A DNA stretch of 63,110 nt, the filler included, from Lenisia limosa (taxonomy: Eukaryota; Protista; Breviatea): NCBI GenBank assembly GCA_001655205.1. It is 14 parts of 14 records of this genome, joined end to end, with 100 filler letters (N's around TTAATTAATTAA, not from the genome) between each part and the next. Parts side by side here need not be neighbours in the genome. Positions count along the whole stretch, not along the records: positions 21,082 to 27,666 come from LPNZ01003859.1; positions 27,767 to 30,896 come from LPNZ01011540.1; positions 30,997 to 34,854 come from LPNZ01009856.1; positions 34,955 to 37,652 come from LPNZ01010308.1; 10 more parts are not named here. One strand, written 5' to 3'. Both the position numbers and the translations under genes were made by a program. Shown piece by piece: positions 24,381-36,220 of this stretch; the first letter of the stretch is position 1; every line of letters begins with the position of its first letter. The notes beneath the pieces are model-generated. The model saw only the letters and a list, made by a program, of their open reading frames with translations, was not told where the DNA came from and did no database searches.

Positions 24381-25100
24381 TCAATGCACCATATCCCAAG
24401 ATTTTGCGCTTGGGGCAGTCCTGCTTGGGGTGACCCGGGCGCCAGAACCGGGGCGGCAGGCGAAGAAGGGACTGGTCTCGCGAGAGTAGTCAACGGAAGA
24501 GGGTGCGGCGTCGATCTTGTTGGCGGCCTGGGAGACGAACCCCTCCTCGACGAGGTCATTGATGGCGGAGATGTTGGCGTCACCGAGGGTGGGGGCCTGA
24601 CCGATGGCGCGGAATATGGTAGAGAGGACCTGCTGGATGTGCAAAGACTCGATGTCGGGGAGGATGTCGGTGTAGGTGAGTTTGATTCACACAATTTCTT
24701 GAAATTTTTTAGGGTAATCTACACTAATTATCTGAGAAAACGGTGTCCGAGGTCTTGTACACCTCCCCAAAGACCTCACGAAGCTCGGAGTTGTTCTGAA
24801 AGGTGAGAATGGTTCCGACATTATTGATTTGCATCAGTTACAGTGCTTGAATCATCTCGAGAAAAAAGTCCAGTCATTCACCCAAGCTTTCAAATACAAT
24901 AGGCAGGACCTAAAGCTCTCAATTTCCTTGGGTATCAGCCTCGTTTTGGGCAATAATAGCCTGGATAAGTCAGAGTAAGTCCGTCGATACCTAAAAAAAT
25001 GAAGAAGCCAGCAAACCTCGAGCTCCTAGATTTTCTCAGCATGTTCTGCCTCCATGGTGGAAATGGTATGACGGTGGTTGGCCTCAGTATCGGCAATCTG
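24381..25100 (-). pseudogene. Probable intron-containing pseudogene of unknown family
   Basis: Exon-like segments with C-ending codon bias (IKLTYTDILPDIESLHIQQVLSTIFRAIG...) but an in-frame TAG (AEKI*ELE), an apparent +1 frameshift and a TGA. Confidence 0.45.
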
Positions 25101-25375
25101 GGGGGGGGGGGGGNNNNNNNNNNTATATATACTAGTATATATATATATCATATGTACACTATATATGCATATATGCGGTAGAAACTTATAAATACCCTTT
25201 TCCCAAGAAAATGGCAACATTTATATTATCACTTAATAGTGGTAGGGTAGGTTGCAGTGTGATAGAGCACAGAGAGAGACAGAACAGCCAAAAATAGTAA
25301 TTACAAAACTAGTGTGTAATGTACTATTAAATTATAATCAATACTTTAGTTTTAAGCAATGCAACCTAGTTGATA

Positions 25376-25769
25376 TCGAGGAGTCCAAATAGAGGAGATA
25401 TAATCGAGGAGCTAAAAATGGGGACTTGGCTAAGAAAATCGAGGAGTTAAAATTGAGGAGTTAGCTAAAATGGAGGAGTTAAAAAATAGGAGTTGGCTTA
25501 AATCAAGAAGCTAAAATAGAGGTGTTAGATCAAGGAGTTTTAAATCGAGGACTTAGCTAAAATCGAGCAGTTAGAATTGAGGAGTCCCTCAAACCTTTTT
25601 GAAATGGGACGCATACTCTCAGCACGGCCTGAAGCTTGCTACAATCAATCAGAAACAATCGAGGTGTTAGAATCAAGAACCTTGCTGAAATCGAGGAGTA
25701 GAATTGAGAAGTTAAAATCGAGGAGTTAGAATCGAGAACTTAAAATCGAGGAGTTAAAATCGAGGAGTT
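25376..25769. repeat. Degenerate 14-bp minisatellite (AAAATCGAGGAGTT)
   Basis: Many diverged units in two blocks, split by non-repeat sequence at ~25585-25655. Confidence 0.85.
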
Positions 25770-26232
25770 GAGTAGTCCCACTTACCAAGGAAGAGTGGGG
25801 AGTTGTCTTCAATTCTAACCTAAGAAAGAGTTAATTTTGTTTGATTTACATCATAGAAAGAGAAGATCGTCGATGGAAGGAGTCGAGGTGTGTATATTCG
25901 GCTTGGGTCACTACAAACGGTTTTGCGTACCCCCATTATGCTTGAATGCATTAAATATTGTGCCGACCTGCGGCTGCCTGCGAAATTCTACCAGTGTCTA
26001 GTCATACTTATTTCTGTTCCAGAATAATAAAAAATTTAGATCGGGCCAAAGAACGACCAAACACAACCACCGAGCCACCGAGCAAATTCGACAACGCTCC
26101 ACGCGTGAACAACACTCAACAACAGCAACAAAACCACAGCTTTGCCACGGCTTGCCAACTAACCACAACGCCACAACACCAACCACACACCAACCACACA
26201 CCAACAAACTCGTGAGGCAGACGTGAGGCGAA

Positions 26233-27483
26233 ATGGCAGCCAACGAATACGCTTCAATCTACGATAGTGACCGCAGTCTTCTCTTGGCAGCTTGGTCCGG
26301 AGACAAGAATGAGGTTGGCGAAAATGGCAATGCTTTTTCTTTCTTTTTTGAGAATAAATATAATAACCAGCACAAGCTGGTGTTATCTATCTATTTATGG
26401 TTTTTTTGTGATAGTTTATTGACTGGTTGGAATATTGTATTGCCGCTTGCTCATATCAAAGTGCGGGGTCTAGCTTGTATCAAAGTGCGGGGTCTAGCTT
26501 GCTCATATCAAAGTGCGGGGTCTAGCTTGCTCATATCAAAGTGCGGGGTCTAGCTTGTGAGCGGTAGTGATGATTGTAAAATCAATGACATTTTCAGCAT
26601 TCTGTTCCGTCCCAAATGTTGTGTGAATTGGGGCGCAATGCCTCATTAATGGGGACAGCTTCGACCAAGTACTACCCAGAGATAATTTACTCCACCCCCT
26701 TCTCCTCATGACCGCAGGTGGATCGCTTATGGAATGCATACACCTCAATAGAGGAGCGGAAGAAGATGGTGTGTCACGTGAATGAGCATGGTTGGAGCTG
26801 CATCCACTACTGCGCCGTGGGGCGAAACCAGCTGGAGATGATGAAGATGTTTCTTGAAGTGGCTCCAGAAGAAATGGACAGGCCAGTTAATATGGGTATG
26901 ATTGGACTTAAGTTTTCTTTTGTTGCTTCTGGTGTGTGTTTCCATTCTTCAGATTACGAATAAGTCGTTCTTCGTAGATATACCCTTGTATTTTAAGGGG
27001 TTGCAAAATTTAATAGTAATACATGAAAACGAATCATTTTCGTGATTTTGACCATCCTATTTCTTCTCCTTGATCTTCATTATTCTATCCACTTAATCTC
27101 ACGCTTTAGGATGGACTCCTCTGCACTACGCTGCCGGATATGGCAAAATGGACATTTTGGAGTACCTTATTGTGAGCAAAGAATTGAAGAAAACAACAAT
27201 TTATGGCATACTAAAGTTACCAAAAAGACTGAATTCTGAGTAAATGTTTATGTGTCTTTTTTGAAGCAGATATGAAGCCAGTTTTCAGTCCCTTATTGCA
27301 TTAGTCTCGAGGAGCAAACGTGGAAGCCAAGTCCAATGACGGCATGACCCCTTTACACCGAGCCACAAGGTGGGCCGGCAAGTGCAACAAAAAAGTGGAT
27401 GGTTTCGAAATATATCGAGGATTAATCGACTGTTTTGGAAGGAGCGTGGACATTCTTGCCATAGTGCTAGACATTTATCCGAT
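26233..27483 (+). CDS. Ankyrin-repeat protein, truncated
   Basis: LLLAAWSGDKNE/VDRL, GWSCIHYCA, GWTPLHYAAGYGKMDILEYLI, SRGANVEAKSNDGMTPLHRA. Confidence 0.9.
26445..26557. repeat. 28-bp intronic tandem repeat x4
   Basis: gcttgctcatatcaaagtgcggggtcta; one copy lacks 4 nt. Confidence 0.9.
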
Positions 27484-27766
27484 GGTTGTAAGTGATGTTT
27501 CACTCCAAGGTATTATGACAGAGTTCTTTTTTGCATATTTTTTGACTCCATTTTTTTACTCTGTCTATCTATCTATCTCGAGTGCTCGTCAAACGTTTGG
27601 CCATCATATTTGATTTTGGGCTCTGTTTGAGTTCATTAATTTGCCATTTCCCCCTCCAATGTTCTCNNNNNNNNNNNNNNNNNNNNNNNNNNNNNNNNNN
27701 NNNNNNNNNNTTAATTAATTAANNNNNNNNNNNNNNNNNNNNNNNNNNNNNNNNNNNNNNNNNNNN

Positions 27767-27826
27767 GGTGATAGTGATATTGGTGATGGTGATAGTGATA
27801 TTGGTGATGGTGATAGTGATATTGGT
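27767..27826. repeat. 21-bp tandem repeat x3 at contig start
   Basis: ggtgatagtgatattggtgat. Confidence 0.85.
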
Positions 27827-27905
27827 AAATTCTCATCTTTGCACAATCCATTGCCCTTAATCCCCTTAATTTCCCCAGTTGGTTTCTGACATTTCTGTCC
27901 GTTAG

Positions 27906-30484
27906 CAAAGGTGTTCATTCAATTGGAAGGGTGAGGGTGCAGCATTGAAATTGGAGTAATAACGTTGCAAATAGTGAAAGGTGGGAATTGTACAGTGAGC
28001 GGGATATGTCTTGGCCGATTTTACCTGGGGAATCACATAGCAAATTGGTCAAGACTTATCCCAGTCACTGTATACTCCACGGAATAGTAATTTCAATCTA
28101 CAAATCACAAGACTGTTACGATTTTGATGTTGTCATATAATAGAAATACAACAAGGTTGTATCTGACCGAAGTCATCCACGCCATCACGCTATAAGAGAT
28201 ATTGGATTATAGTTAGGGACAAGATACAGCTAACAGTGGGATTTGAATCTTATAAGGAATACTGATTCCGCTTCAACACATTGAACACCAACGATTCCCT
28301 TGTCACTACATAGGTAATGAGCATGACGGTCACAATCCCCTTCATCCTGCTCATTGCCTTCCTGATCAAGGCTGTTCTATTACCGGGCGCGATGGATGGC
28401 ATTATGTGGGGGGGACTGTTGTTATTATTATACTATGAGAGGTGGGGAGGCTATATACTGTGGTATTTCGGCATTATAGTGTACCCCACATAAATAATTA
28501 CCCGCCCCATCCCCCCATTTGGGCTTTTGTTTTGTTTTTAACCTTCGTGTGTCCCAAATGCTAGCCAACAGAGTTTGATTCTGGGTTTTTTTGTTTCATA
28601 ATTTGTTTCCCATTTTACTCCCCCCCCCCTCACCCCCNNNNNNNNNNNNNNNNNNNNNNNNNNNNNNNNNNNNNNNNNNNNNNNNNNNNNNNNNNNNNNN
28701 NNNNNNNNNNNNNNNNNNNNNNNNNNNNNNNNNNNNNNNNNNNNNNNNNNNNNNNNNNNNNNNNNNNNNNNNNNNNNNNNNNTTTTGGCTTTTTTTTTCA
28801 TATAAATATTCAATTTTTAATTCCCCGCTCACACCCAGGTACTTCTTCACGCCAACATGGTCAGCTCTCCTCCATACCGAAGTTTGGATTCAGGCTACTA
28901 CGCAGATCCTGTACTCTCTGAGTCCGTGGTCAGTGGGGCGTGCTTGGGGTCAGTGGGCGTACTTGGGNNNNNNNNNNNNNNNNNNNNNNNNNNNNNNNNN
29001 NNNNNNNNNNNNNNNNNNNNNNNNNNNNNNNNNNNNNNNNNNNNNNNNNNNNNNNNNNNNNNNNNNGATGTTGAAAGAAGCTTAATGGAGGATTCTGGTT
29101 ACTACCCAGATGCTGTACTTTCATTTTTTGAACACGAGAAACACTATGTAGCTATATTAGCTATAGTACATAGAAATCTAGGGTTTCAGAAATATATCCG
29201 TGATGCTGTTGTATCAACCATCGTGCGTTGTCAGACAACAGAGTTTGTTTCTATTCAACTAAACTCCCCCCCCTTAGTTTTGGCATCATCATCGCTTTTG
29301 GCTCTTTCCTGGAGCCTTCTGAGAACACCTTCAAAGTAGGGGGTGAGAGAAGGTGCTATATTAGGGCTTCCCTGCAGTTAAAAAACCCCGTTTAGGTTTC
29401 GATATTCATCGAGGATTTACTGAGAGATTCGGTCTTTTTTGGACTGTAGGGAAACCGTAGTTGGATCCGAGTACCTCAGCATATCACAATTCACCATTAT
29501 TGTACTTTTTTTGCAATATTACATTTCACTCCCCCATTCTCACCAGTACTTTCCTTTTTTACAATTATCATTGCTCCATTTTCACGCAGTACCTCAGGAT
29601 ACGCTAATCATATCTGGAGTCAACAGCGGGGCATCTATCCTATGCGGTGTTTTCACGTTCTCCATTCTGGGGTAAGAAGGGTGGTTAGTGTCTGTATTAT
29701 TAATAATAGCTCGACACCCTACCAATAAAGCAACTTTTTCTATGTTTTTGAGTATCTCACTGGCAATTATGTCTATTTGATAAACTTAATAAATGGCAAT
29801 TTTATTATTGCATGAATGTACATGCAGATAGATATCTCTATATTCTACCCCTTACCAAATATAGCAACTCTGGATGCTCACTTACCAAATGTAGTACCTC
29901 TGTATGCTCACTTACCAAATATAGCAACATGGCCTACGTGTCCGACATGACCATTGACTCCGTTGCCGTGGCTGGACCAGGTAGGGAAGGGGAGTGTAGT
30001 TAGGGCTTCCCTGAAAAGTGCTGAATTTCTGGATAAATCCTCGATATTTTGAGTATTTTTTCGAACTGTTGGGAAGCCCTAGGTAAAATGCGTATAATAC
30101 AGAGGCCTGGTCCGGGTGTTTCTAAGTGATTTGTAATGGTACCCCCCCNNNNNNNNNNNNNNNNNNNNNNNNNNNNNNNNNNNNNNNNNNNNNNNNNNNN
30201 NNNNNNNNNNNNNNNNNNNNNNNNNNNNNNNNNNNNNNNNNNNNNNNNNNNNNNNNNNNNNNNNNNNNNNNNNNNNNNNNNNNNNNNNNNNNNNNNNNNN
30301 NNNNNNNNNNNNNNNNNNNNNNNNNNNNNNNNNNAATTCCCATTTTGGGTGTTGTTAGCAGGGTTAATTTCGGCTTTTGTTTATTATTTCATCAATTTTC
30401 CACTTTACCCCTTCCCCCAGGACTGGACAGTGTGTTTGCCTGGGTAGAAGGCATTTGTAGCATGGTGCGCGATCGTCATTTCAA
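27906..30484 (+). CDS. Sodium:neurotransmitter symporter (NSS/SLC6) family transporter, internal fragment
   Basis: Exons 27906-27930, 28314-28405, 28839-28928, 29598-29671, 29925-29980 and 30421-30484. They give KGVHSIGR/VMSMTVTIPF...LPGAMDGI, TPTWSALLHTEVWIQATTQILYSL, DTLIISGVNSGASILCGVFTFSILG, AVAGPG and GLDSVFAWVEG. Confidence 0.92.
27993..28070. mobile_element. Tc1/mariner-type MITE (78 bp)
   Basis: TA-CAGTGA...GTCACTG-TA with ~29-bp TIRs. Confidence 0.88.
28521..28637 (+). repeat. Sense-strand intronic ~150-bp element, 3' part
   Basis: gggcttttgttttg...gccaacagagtttgattctggg...cccattttactcccccccccc in an NSS intron. Confidence 0.8.
29362..29459. mobile_element. hAT-type MITE, class B
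   Basis: tagggcttccctgcag...ggactgtagggaaaccgta. Confidence 0.75.
29851..29928 (+). repeat. 30-bp tandem triplication of an NSS 3' splice site
   Basis: cttaccaaat(a/g)tag x3, AGs at 29864, 29894 and 29924. Confidence 0.85.
30001..30081. mobile_element. hAT-type MITE, class B, internally deleted
   Basis: tagggcttccct...gggaagcccta. Confidence 0.75.
30350..30420 (+). repeat. Diverged 3' module of the intronic element forming the NSS acceptor
   Basis: gttagcagggttaatttcggctttt...ttttccactttaccccttcccccag directly followed by the GLDS exon. Confidence 0.65.
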
Positions 30485-30996
30485 GTGGGGGGGGGGCATG
30501 CCATCCGCCTTATAACATAACTAGCTGTTTTGGATATTATTCATCTTTGAACGGGGAAATTACCAAATACTGAAATAGACGTTGTTTCATGACATTCTCT
30601 TAGATCGGCGAGGGGCAGGGCGGTATATGCACTGCATCATATGAAACAATTATCAAAAGTTTAGTTTTTATGAACCGAAGTGAAGCCCAAGTATAATAAA
30701 GAGAGGGGTATATGGGATTGGAGCTTAAAATGTTGGGTGGTCAACCCCCAACATGGCTCAGCTCCCAGCCAGAGATATCCGTGTTCATCCGAAGAAAACG
30801 TGAAATTAGGGACTACTATCAAGCTTAGGTTTAATTTCAGCTTTATTATAAACAAATGAGCGGGGTAAGGCGATCATCACCCCCCCCCCCTAGATGNNNN
30901 NNNNNNNNNNNNNNNNNNNNNNNNNNNNNNNNNNNNNNNNTTAATTAATTAANNNNNNNNNNNNNNNNNNNNNNNNNNNNNNNNNNNNNNNNNNNN

Positions 30997-31062
30997 GTGA
31001 TGGTGTGGACGGCTTTTGCAAGATACTACCTTATTTTTTATTTCTCATTGCTGTATATGGTA
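30997..31062 (+). repeat. Second intronic repeat family (gtgatggtgtggacggctt...atactaccttatt...ctcattgct)
   Basis: Matches 40148-40220 (-), 55664-55730 (+), 62285-62340 (-) and partial copies at 32084, 62925 and 62990. Confidence 0.8.
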
Positions 31063-31067
31063 TACCA

Positions 31068-31153
31068 TTAGGCTTCACTTCAGCCCGAAATGGACCAGTA
31101 AAATATCGATTGCGTCCTAGGATTTATCAAAACATTCAGTCAGTAAAGCTCTA
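31068..31153. mobile_element. Degenerate hAT-type MITE
   Basis: taggcttcacttcag left end and ggatttatc..cattcagt core. Confidence 0.5.
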
Positions 31154-31226
31154 GAAACTATTATTATTTCCTAATACAACCTTCCTCACTGCTATATAAT
31201 ATATATATTTCCTAATCCCGTCAGAA

Positions 31227-34200
31227 TGTTGCCAGCCCCTCTGCCGAAATTGAGGATATAGATTTCGAAGAAAAACAGGTGAGTCTCGTTTTTGCAGCTT
31301 AGTGCTGTTGTCATGTTGTGCCATTTATCAAATTATAAAGTCCTGCTCTGCTTATTTATCAGAACAAAGTGTCTATTTTCCTGTTTTGGATAGACCTGTA
31401 ATCTCTATTTTCCTGTTTGATAAAGGATAAAGTCCCGCTGTGCATATTTTAGAAAGGTAAAAGTCTCATTACCTTTCAGTCCGTTAAACGCGCCCTCAGG
31501 CCCCGCGGAGTGGAGTTTGCCAGTTCCGTCTCCTGGTAGGGGAGGGTAGTACGTCATATTGTCATATTTTTGGGATCATCTACTGTTCTGTTTTATCCTT
31601 CTTCATTGCTTTCTAAATTTCCAATTTTCTTCACTCGCCTCCCATTCTCCCGAAGTCCCCCTCATATAAATCCGTCTCCTTTACCCAAAGAGAAGAATCT
31701 TAGATGGGTAAAGGAGACGGATTTATATGAGGGGGACTTCGGGAGAATGGGAGGCGAGNNNNNNNNNNNNNNNNNNNNNNNNNNNNNAGATTCTTCTCTT
31801 TTCACCCCTTTCCCCCTCAGGCTTAGACGTCTCGTTATCATGTGCTACCAAGCCACTTTAATGCACTATCGCAAACAAATGGGCTTCAAATGCATGGTGA
31901 GGAGGGGGGGGGGGNNNNNNNNNNNNNNNNNNNNNNNNNNNNNNNNNNNNNNNNNNNNNNNNNNNNNNNNNNNNNNNNNNNNNNNNNNNNNNNNNNNNNN
32001 NNNNNNNNNNNNNNNNNNNNNNNNNNNNNNNNNNNTTTGTGAAATTATTTGTTTACTTCTCAGACTAGCTTAGAAACATTATGACGTGGACGGCTTTGGC
32101 CTAATACTATATCTCAATACCTGGTGTTGAGAAGTTTTTTTTTTGTTTCACTTTTCACTTTTCCTCCTCCCAGTTCCTGATCTGCCCTGTTTTTATGCTG
32201 ATATCGACGCTCCTGACCTCCTCGCTCGTCCTCTATCCCACCACTATGAGCTCCGAGTTTTCGTATGACGACTTTGTGTGAGCTAGTATAGTCTTGTGTT
32301 TTGTTTTTTTTTTTTTTTTNNNNNNNNNNNNNNNNNNNNNNNNNNNNNNNNNNNNNNNNNNNNNNNNNNNNNNNNNNNNNNNNNNNNNNNNNNNNNNNNN
32401 NNNNNNNNNNNNNNNNNNNNNNNNNNNNNNNNNNNNNNNNNNNNNNNNNNNNNNNNNNNNNNNNNNNNNNNNNNNNNNNNNNNNNNNNNNNNNNNNNNNN
32501 NNNNNNNNNNNNNNNNNNNNNNNNNNNNNNNNNNNNNNNNNNNNNNNNNNNNNNNTGAACGTTATATCAAGGAACTCGACAGTTCCGCACAGAACACTTA
32601 TATTTTTGTGCGTGGGCTCTTTCACTTATATTTTCGTGCGTGGGCTTTTTTGTTATCAAATTGTCAACTACTGCATTCAAATAACCCTCATATTACTAAC
32701 TTCGAACGAATCTGCAGAGAATACGCAACCACTTACTTTTCAAACTTAACTATTAAACACCTTTATTTTGAACAACTTTTCAAAATGCCACTTGTAGAAC
32801 AACAATCAAAATGACACATTTAAAACAACATATCACAATTTGACTACGGTTTCACAACGGTCCCACAAATTACTGAAATTTCTCGATAAATCCCTGATAA
32901 ATATCGATATTTTACCGTTCTTTTTCGTACCATCGGGAAGCCCTAAATATGACACATTTAAAACAACTTATTATTAAATTTGTCATAATAACGGATAACG
33001 CATTTAGAACAACAAGCTGTTTGCTTACGACGAGCTTCCAAGTAAGGGGCTGGACCCTCACACACACTCCACACATACTAAAACTCTACATAATGCATAA
33101 TATCATATTATGTACAAATTGTATAGATAAATAGTTTACAGCCACAAACTTTTTTTATGGCCACTTCTATTTTTGAAACTTCCTCTTTTTTTTTCTTCAT
33201 ATTTTTTTTTTTTCCTTACCAACCTTTCAGCCATGTTTGACTTCGCTGAAACATCCAAATGTAGGCATTTAAAATTGGTTTTGTTTTGGTTGATATTAGA
33301 TAATCAATATTGACGGTCTTTTTTAGACAGTTGGTAATATTTCATCACCTTGATGATGGGGTGCTTATTCCCATCTACTTGTGTACAACTATTTACTATT
33401 TAGTGCACATTGAGCTGCCAAACAGTCTCTGTCACTATATGCCTTGTTTCTCAAACCGCACAAACAATGTATGAACTCCTCCCTTACACCCATACTCACA
33501 CACAATTAGGGCTTCACTTCGGTTCGAATAAAAGACTGGATTTCTCGATAAATCCTTCATCGACATTTTACCGGTATTTTTCGAACCGAAGTGAATCCCT
33601 ACATACAATATTCACATACATGCAAATGCACGCAGATAATCTACTCTATAATATGAACATTGTTTTTTTATTCGGACCTAATTGAATCTCAAGTACTCAT
33701 CCTTTGGATATTATGTGGTAGTGGTATCTCACATTGTACAAAAGTTCTCCATTGCTTACTTTTTTTTTTTTTTTTNNNNNNNNNNNNNNNNNNNNNNNNN
33801 NNNNNNNNNNNNNNNNNNNNNNNNCTATTGTCTCAAAAAACAAAAAAACTCACCTTTATAGTATTCTCTTGACCAACTCAATGATTTGCGATATATCTCT
33901 GAGTAAGCTGGGGGAAGAGCGGGGTGAATATAGAGATAAAAAATATGGGAGGAGAGTGAGGTGGGGGGGTATAAAACAACAATCTATATATTGGGATAAG
34001 TCTTGACCGATTTTCCTTGAGGAAATCATTTGGCCAAATGGTCAAGACTTATCCCGGTCACTGTATTTCAATAAAGTAAGGTGCCCTTATGTTTTAACTT
34101 GATGTAGTATTTGTCAAAAGGATCCTGATTTCCGCTACGTCTCCGAAACCGGTCAGTTGGGTGTTTATACAATATGTAGCACTTCACTTTGGTTCGAAAA

Positions 34201-34546
34201 ACGACAAAATTTCTCGATAAATCCTCGAAAATTATGGATTAGGGCTTCCCTACGGTCAAAAAAAGACCGGTCAAATATTGATATTTATCAGGATTTATCG
34301 GGAAATTCAGTCTTTTTTGGGACCGCAGGGAATCCCTAGATATGTTGTTCTCAATGAGTATTTACCCGATATGACATGGTGCTTGACTGGATGGGGTTGA
34401 TATAACATCTTGTGTCTTCTTTTTTAAAAGCAGGCCGTCTAACTAGACCTGCTTTCACCTTACCACTCCTTGTAGATCGGAGTAACGCGTTTTACGCCCA
34501 ATTTGACCCATATTCCGGGGACCTTCCCATCCGCACGTTTTGGGAC
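31227..34546 (+). CDS. Hypothetical multi-exon protein, fragment
   Basis: GT-AG bounded open segments NVASPSAEIEDIDFEEKQ, LRRLVIMCYQATLMHYRKQMGFKCM, VPDLPCFYADIDAPDLLARPLSHHYEL and DRSNAFYAQFDPYSGDLPIRTFWD; may be more than one gene. Confidence 0.5.
32845..32945. mobile_element. hAT-type MITE, class B
   Basis: Flanks aatttgac / aatatgac (7/8 TSD). Confidence 0.82.
33507..33601. mobile_element. hAT-type MITE, class A
   Basis: Near-perfect TIRs; flanks cacacaat / catacaat (7/8 TSD). Confidence 0.92.
33992..34063. mobile_element. Tc1/mariner-type MITE, left end clipped
   Basis: gggataagtcttgaccgatttt...ggtcaagacttatcccggtcactg-TA. Confidence 0.85.
34177..34338. mobile_element. Class A MITE left half abutting a complete class B MITE (34240-34338)
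   Basis: tagcacttcactttggttcgaaaa... then tagggcttccctacggtc...ccgcagggaatcccta. Confidence 0.82.
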
Positions 34547-34746
34547 AAGTACGAACAGTAGGTGGATTCAAGTAGTACTGAAAACACAACCGTAACTCTA
34601 TAATAAGTGTATTAGACCTCTTCTCTTTCCGAAATAAAACAGTTATTAAACACCCTGCTGCGCTTAAAAATGTTTATATTTCTTTATTTTTCTGCATGTA
34701 GTGTATGTGGTATTTGTCTGTTTGTCTGTTTATTTTGTTTCACCCA

Positions 34747-34854
34747 CAGCCTGGACTTTGATTGTTTTGTTGTTATCAACCCCCGTGTGTTGTCAGCCAA
34801 CAAAGTTGATTTAGGCTTTTTGTTTCATAAATTTCCAATTTTACCCCCCCCCCC
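34747..34854 (+). repeat. Sense-strand intronic ~150-bp element
   Basis: gcctggactttg...atcaacccccgtgtgttgtcagccaacaaagttgatt...ttttacccccccccccc. Confidence 0.88.
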
Positions 34855-36220
34855 NNNNNNNNNNNNNNNNNNNNNNNNNNNNNNNNNNNNNNNNNNNNTT
34901 AATTAATTAANNNNNNNNNNNNNNNNNNNNNNNNNNNNNNNNNNNNNNNNNNNNAAAAAAACAAGAAAATAATATCAAAATAAAAAAATTGAAATAAAAA
35001 AAAAAACTAACAGCTTATCAAATGGAACCAAATCAGAAGCTGGTGAAACAGAAAATAATAGAGGCTTTTCCCACTCCGAGTGCGGTGGGGTGGTGTAGAA
35101 TGGTTGGGAAGCTATACGCTAGAATTACTTTTTCACTAAATCTAAATCACGCAAGTTAGGCTCTGGTGTCCTTTGACCAAGCCAAGTTTTGGAACTATAA
35201 CCTTCTTTTTAAAAAAGAAAAAGAATATTAAACCATATGATATATCCTATAGATATTGCGTATCTCGTAATATACATATAATAATAGCACATGAAAACGT
35301 TGTCCTCCCCAATTAATAATACACCCTGATCGATCCTGCCAAGCCCCTTGAGTCATTCCGAACCTTTGTTAAGGGTACACGTGACCTTGAATATTTCCCT
35401 CCCATTTCGCTGCTGAAGGAACTACCAGCAATCTCGAGCTGTATTATTCAAGATCCAAGTTAGAATCTCTATCATTTTGATTGTCTAACTTATGAAGACC
35501 CCATTTCAAACGATTTCCCAATTCCCCATCTAGGTATGTTCCAGTTTGGTGATATTCTCAATAAGTTCATACTGTATGATTCTAGAACAGAACCCACCCG
35601 CTAGTACTGTAGGGTATAACTTAGATAAACCAACAAAATATACAAATATTAAGATCAAAGGGGTAAACAGCCACAGTTTCCAAACGTGAAACAATCTTTT
35701 GAAGGCATTATTGGCAATACTTAAAGCAAGAACACCTTTGGACTACCAACGGAACCCCATTGATCTCAAAGAGCCCCCCCCCCCTCACTGGCAGAACTGA
35801 AGTATTCATGACTCGAGTCTGCCGGCTCAGGTGTTTCTAATACGGCGTTTAATCAAATGGGGATCACTGGTTGCTGTTGTTCACCCAGAGACCTGTCGAA
35901 AGAAAACGGGAAAAGGATAACAAGACAATAAAGTTAAATTATGGGTATTCCTCTTATTATTCTATTTTAATGTTAATATATAAGCAGAATGGTTAGGAGA
36001 GAGGATGAGAAACGGATTTGGGAAGTATCGATGAAAAGAGAGGTTCGGAGCCCGCACCATTCACTAAAAAAACTGATTCCCGCAGAAACGGCTCAAAATT
36101 CTGTAAAAGTTGCGTAGTAAGAGTATCTTCTACGTAAATTGAGTAAATCTTAGATATTAGGTTTTGTTTAATTAGGAGAGTATTTGAGATTGGGTGGACC
36201 CCACTCTGAGGGATTTAACA

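Noticed and set aside
24329-24806. 157-aa plus ORF and 121-aa Ser/Pro/Thr-rich minus ORF
   Set aside because: Shadow and off-frame readings of the C-ending-codon frame
25026-25100. Stop-codon reassignment suggested by AEKI*ELE
   Set aside because: Well-supported genes (carboxypeptidase, UPF1, UTP20, NSS) show no in-frame stops; a pseudogene explains it
29851-29980. Minus-strand exon HGNGVNGHVGHV with triplicated gtaagt donors
   Set aside because: The plus strand matches the NSS protein in phase; the minus reading is coincidental
32233-32814. Long ORFs consisting mainly of X
   Set aside because: Open only because they cross N gaps
35325-35620. Coding-like plus segment LIDPAKPLESFRTFVKG...
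   Set aside because: Interrupted by stops with no recognisable motif; too weak to annotate
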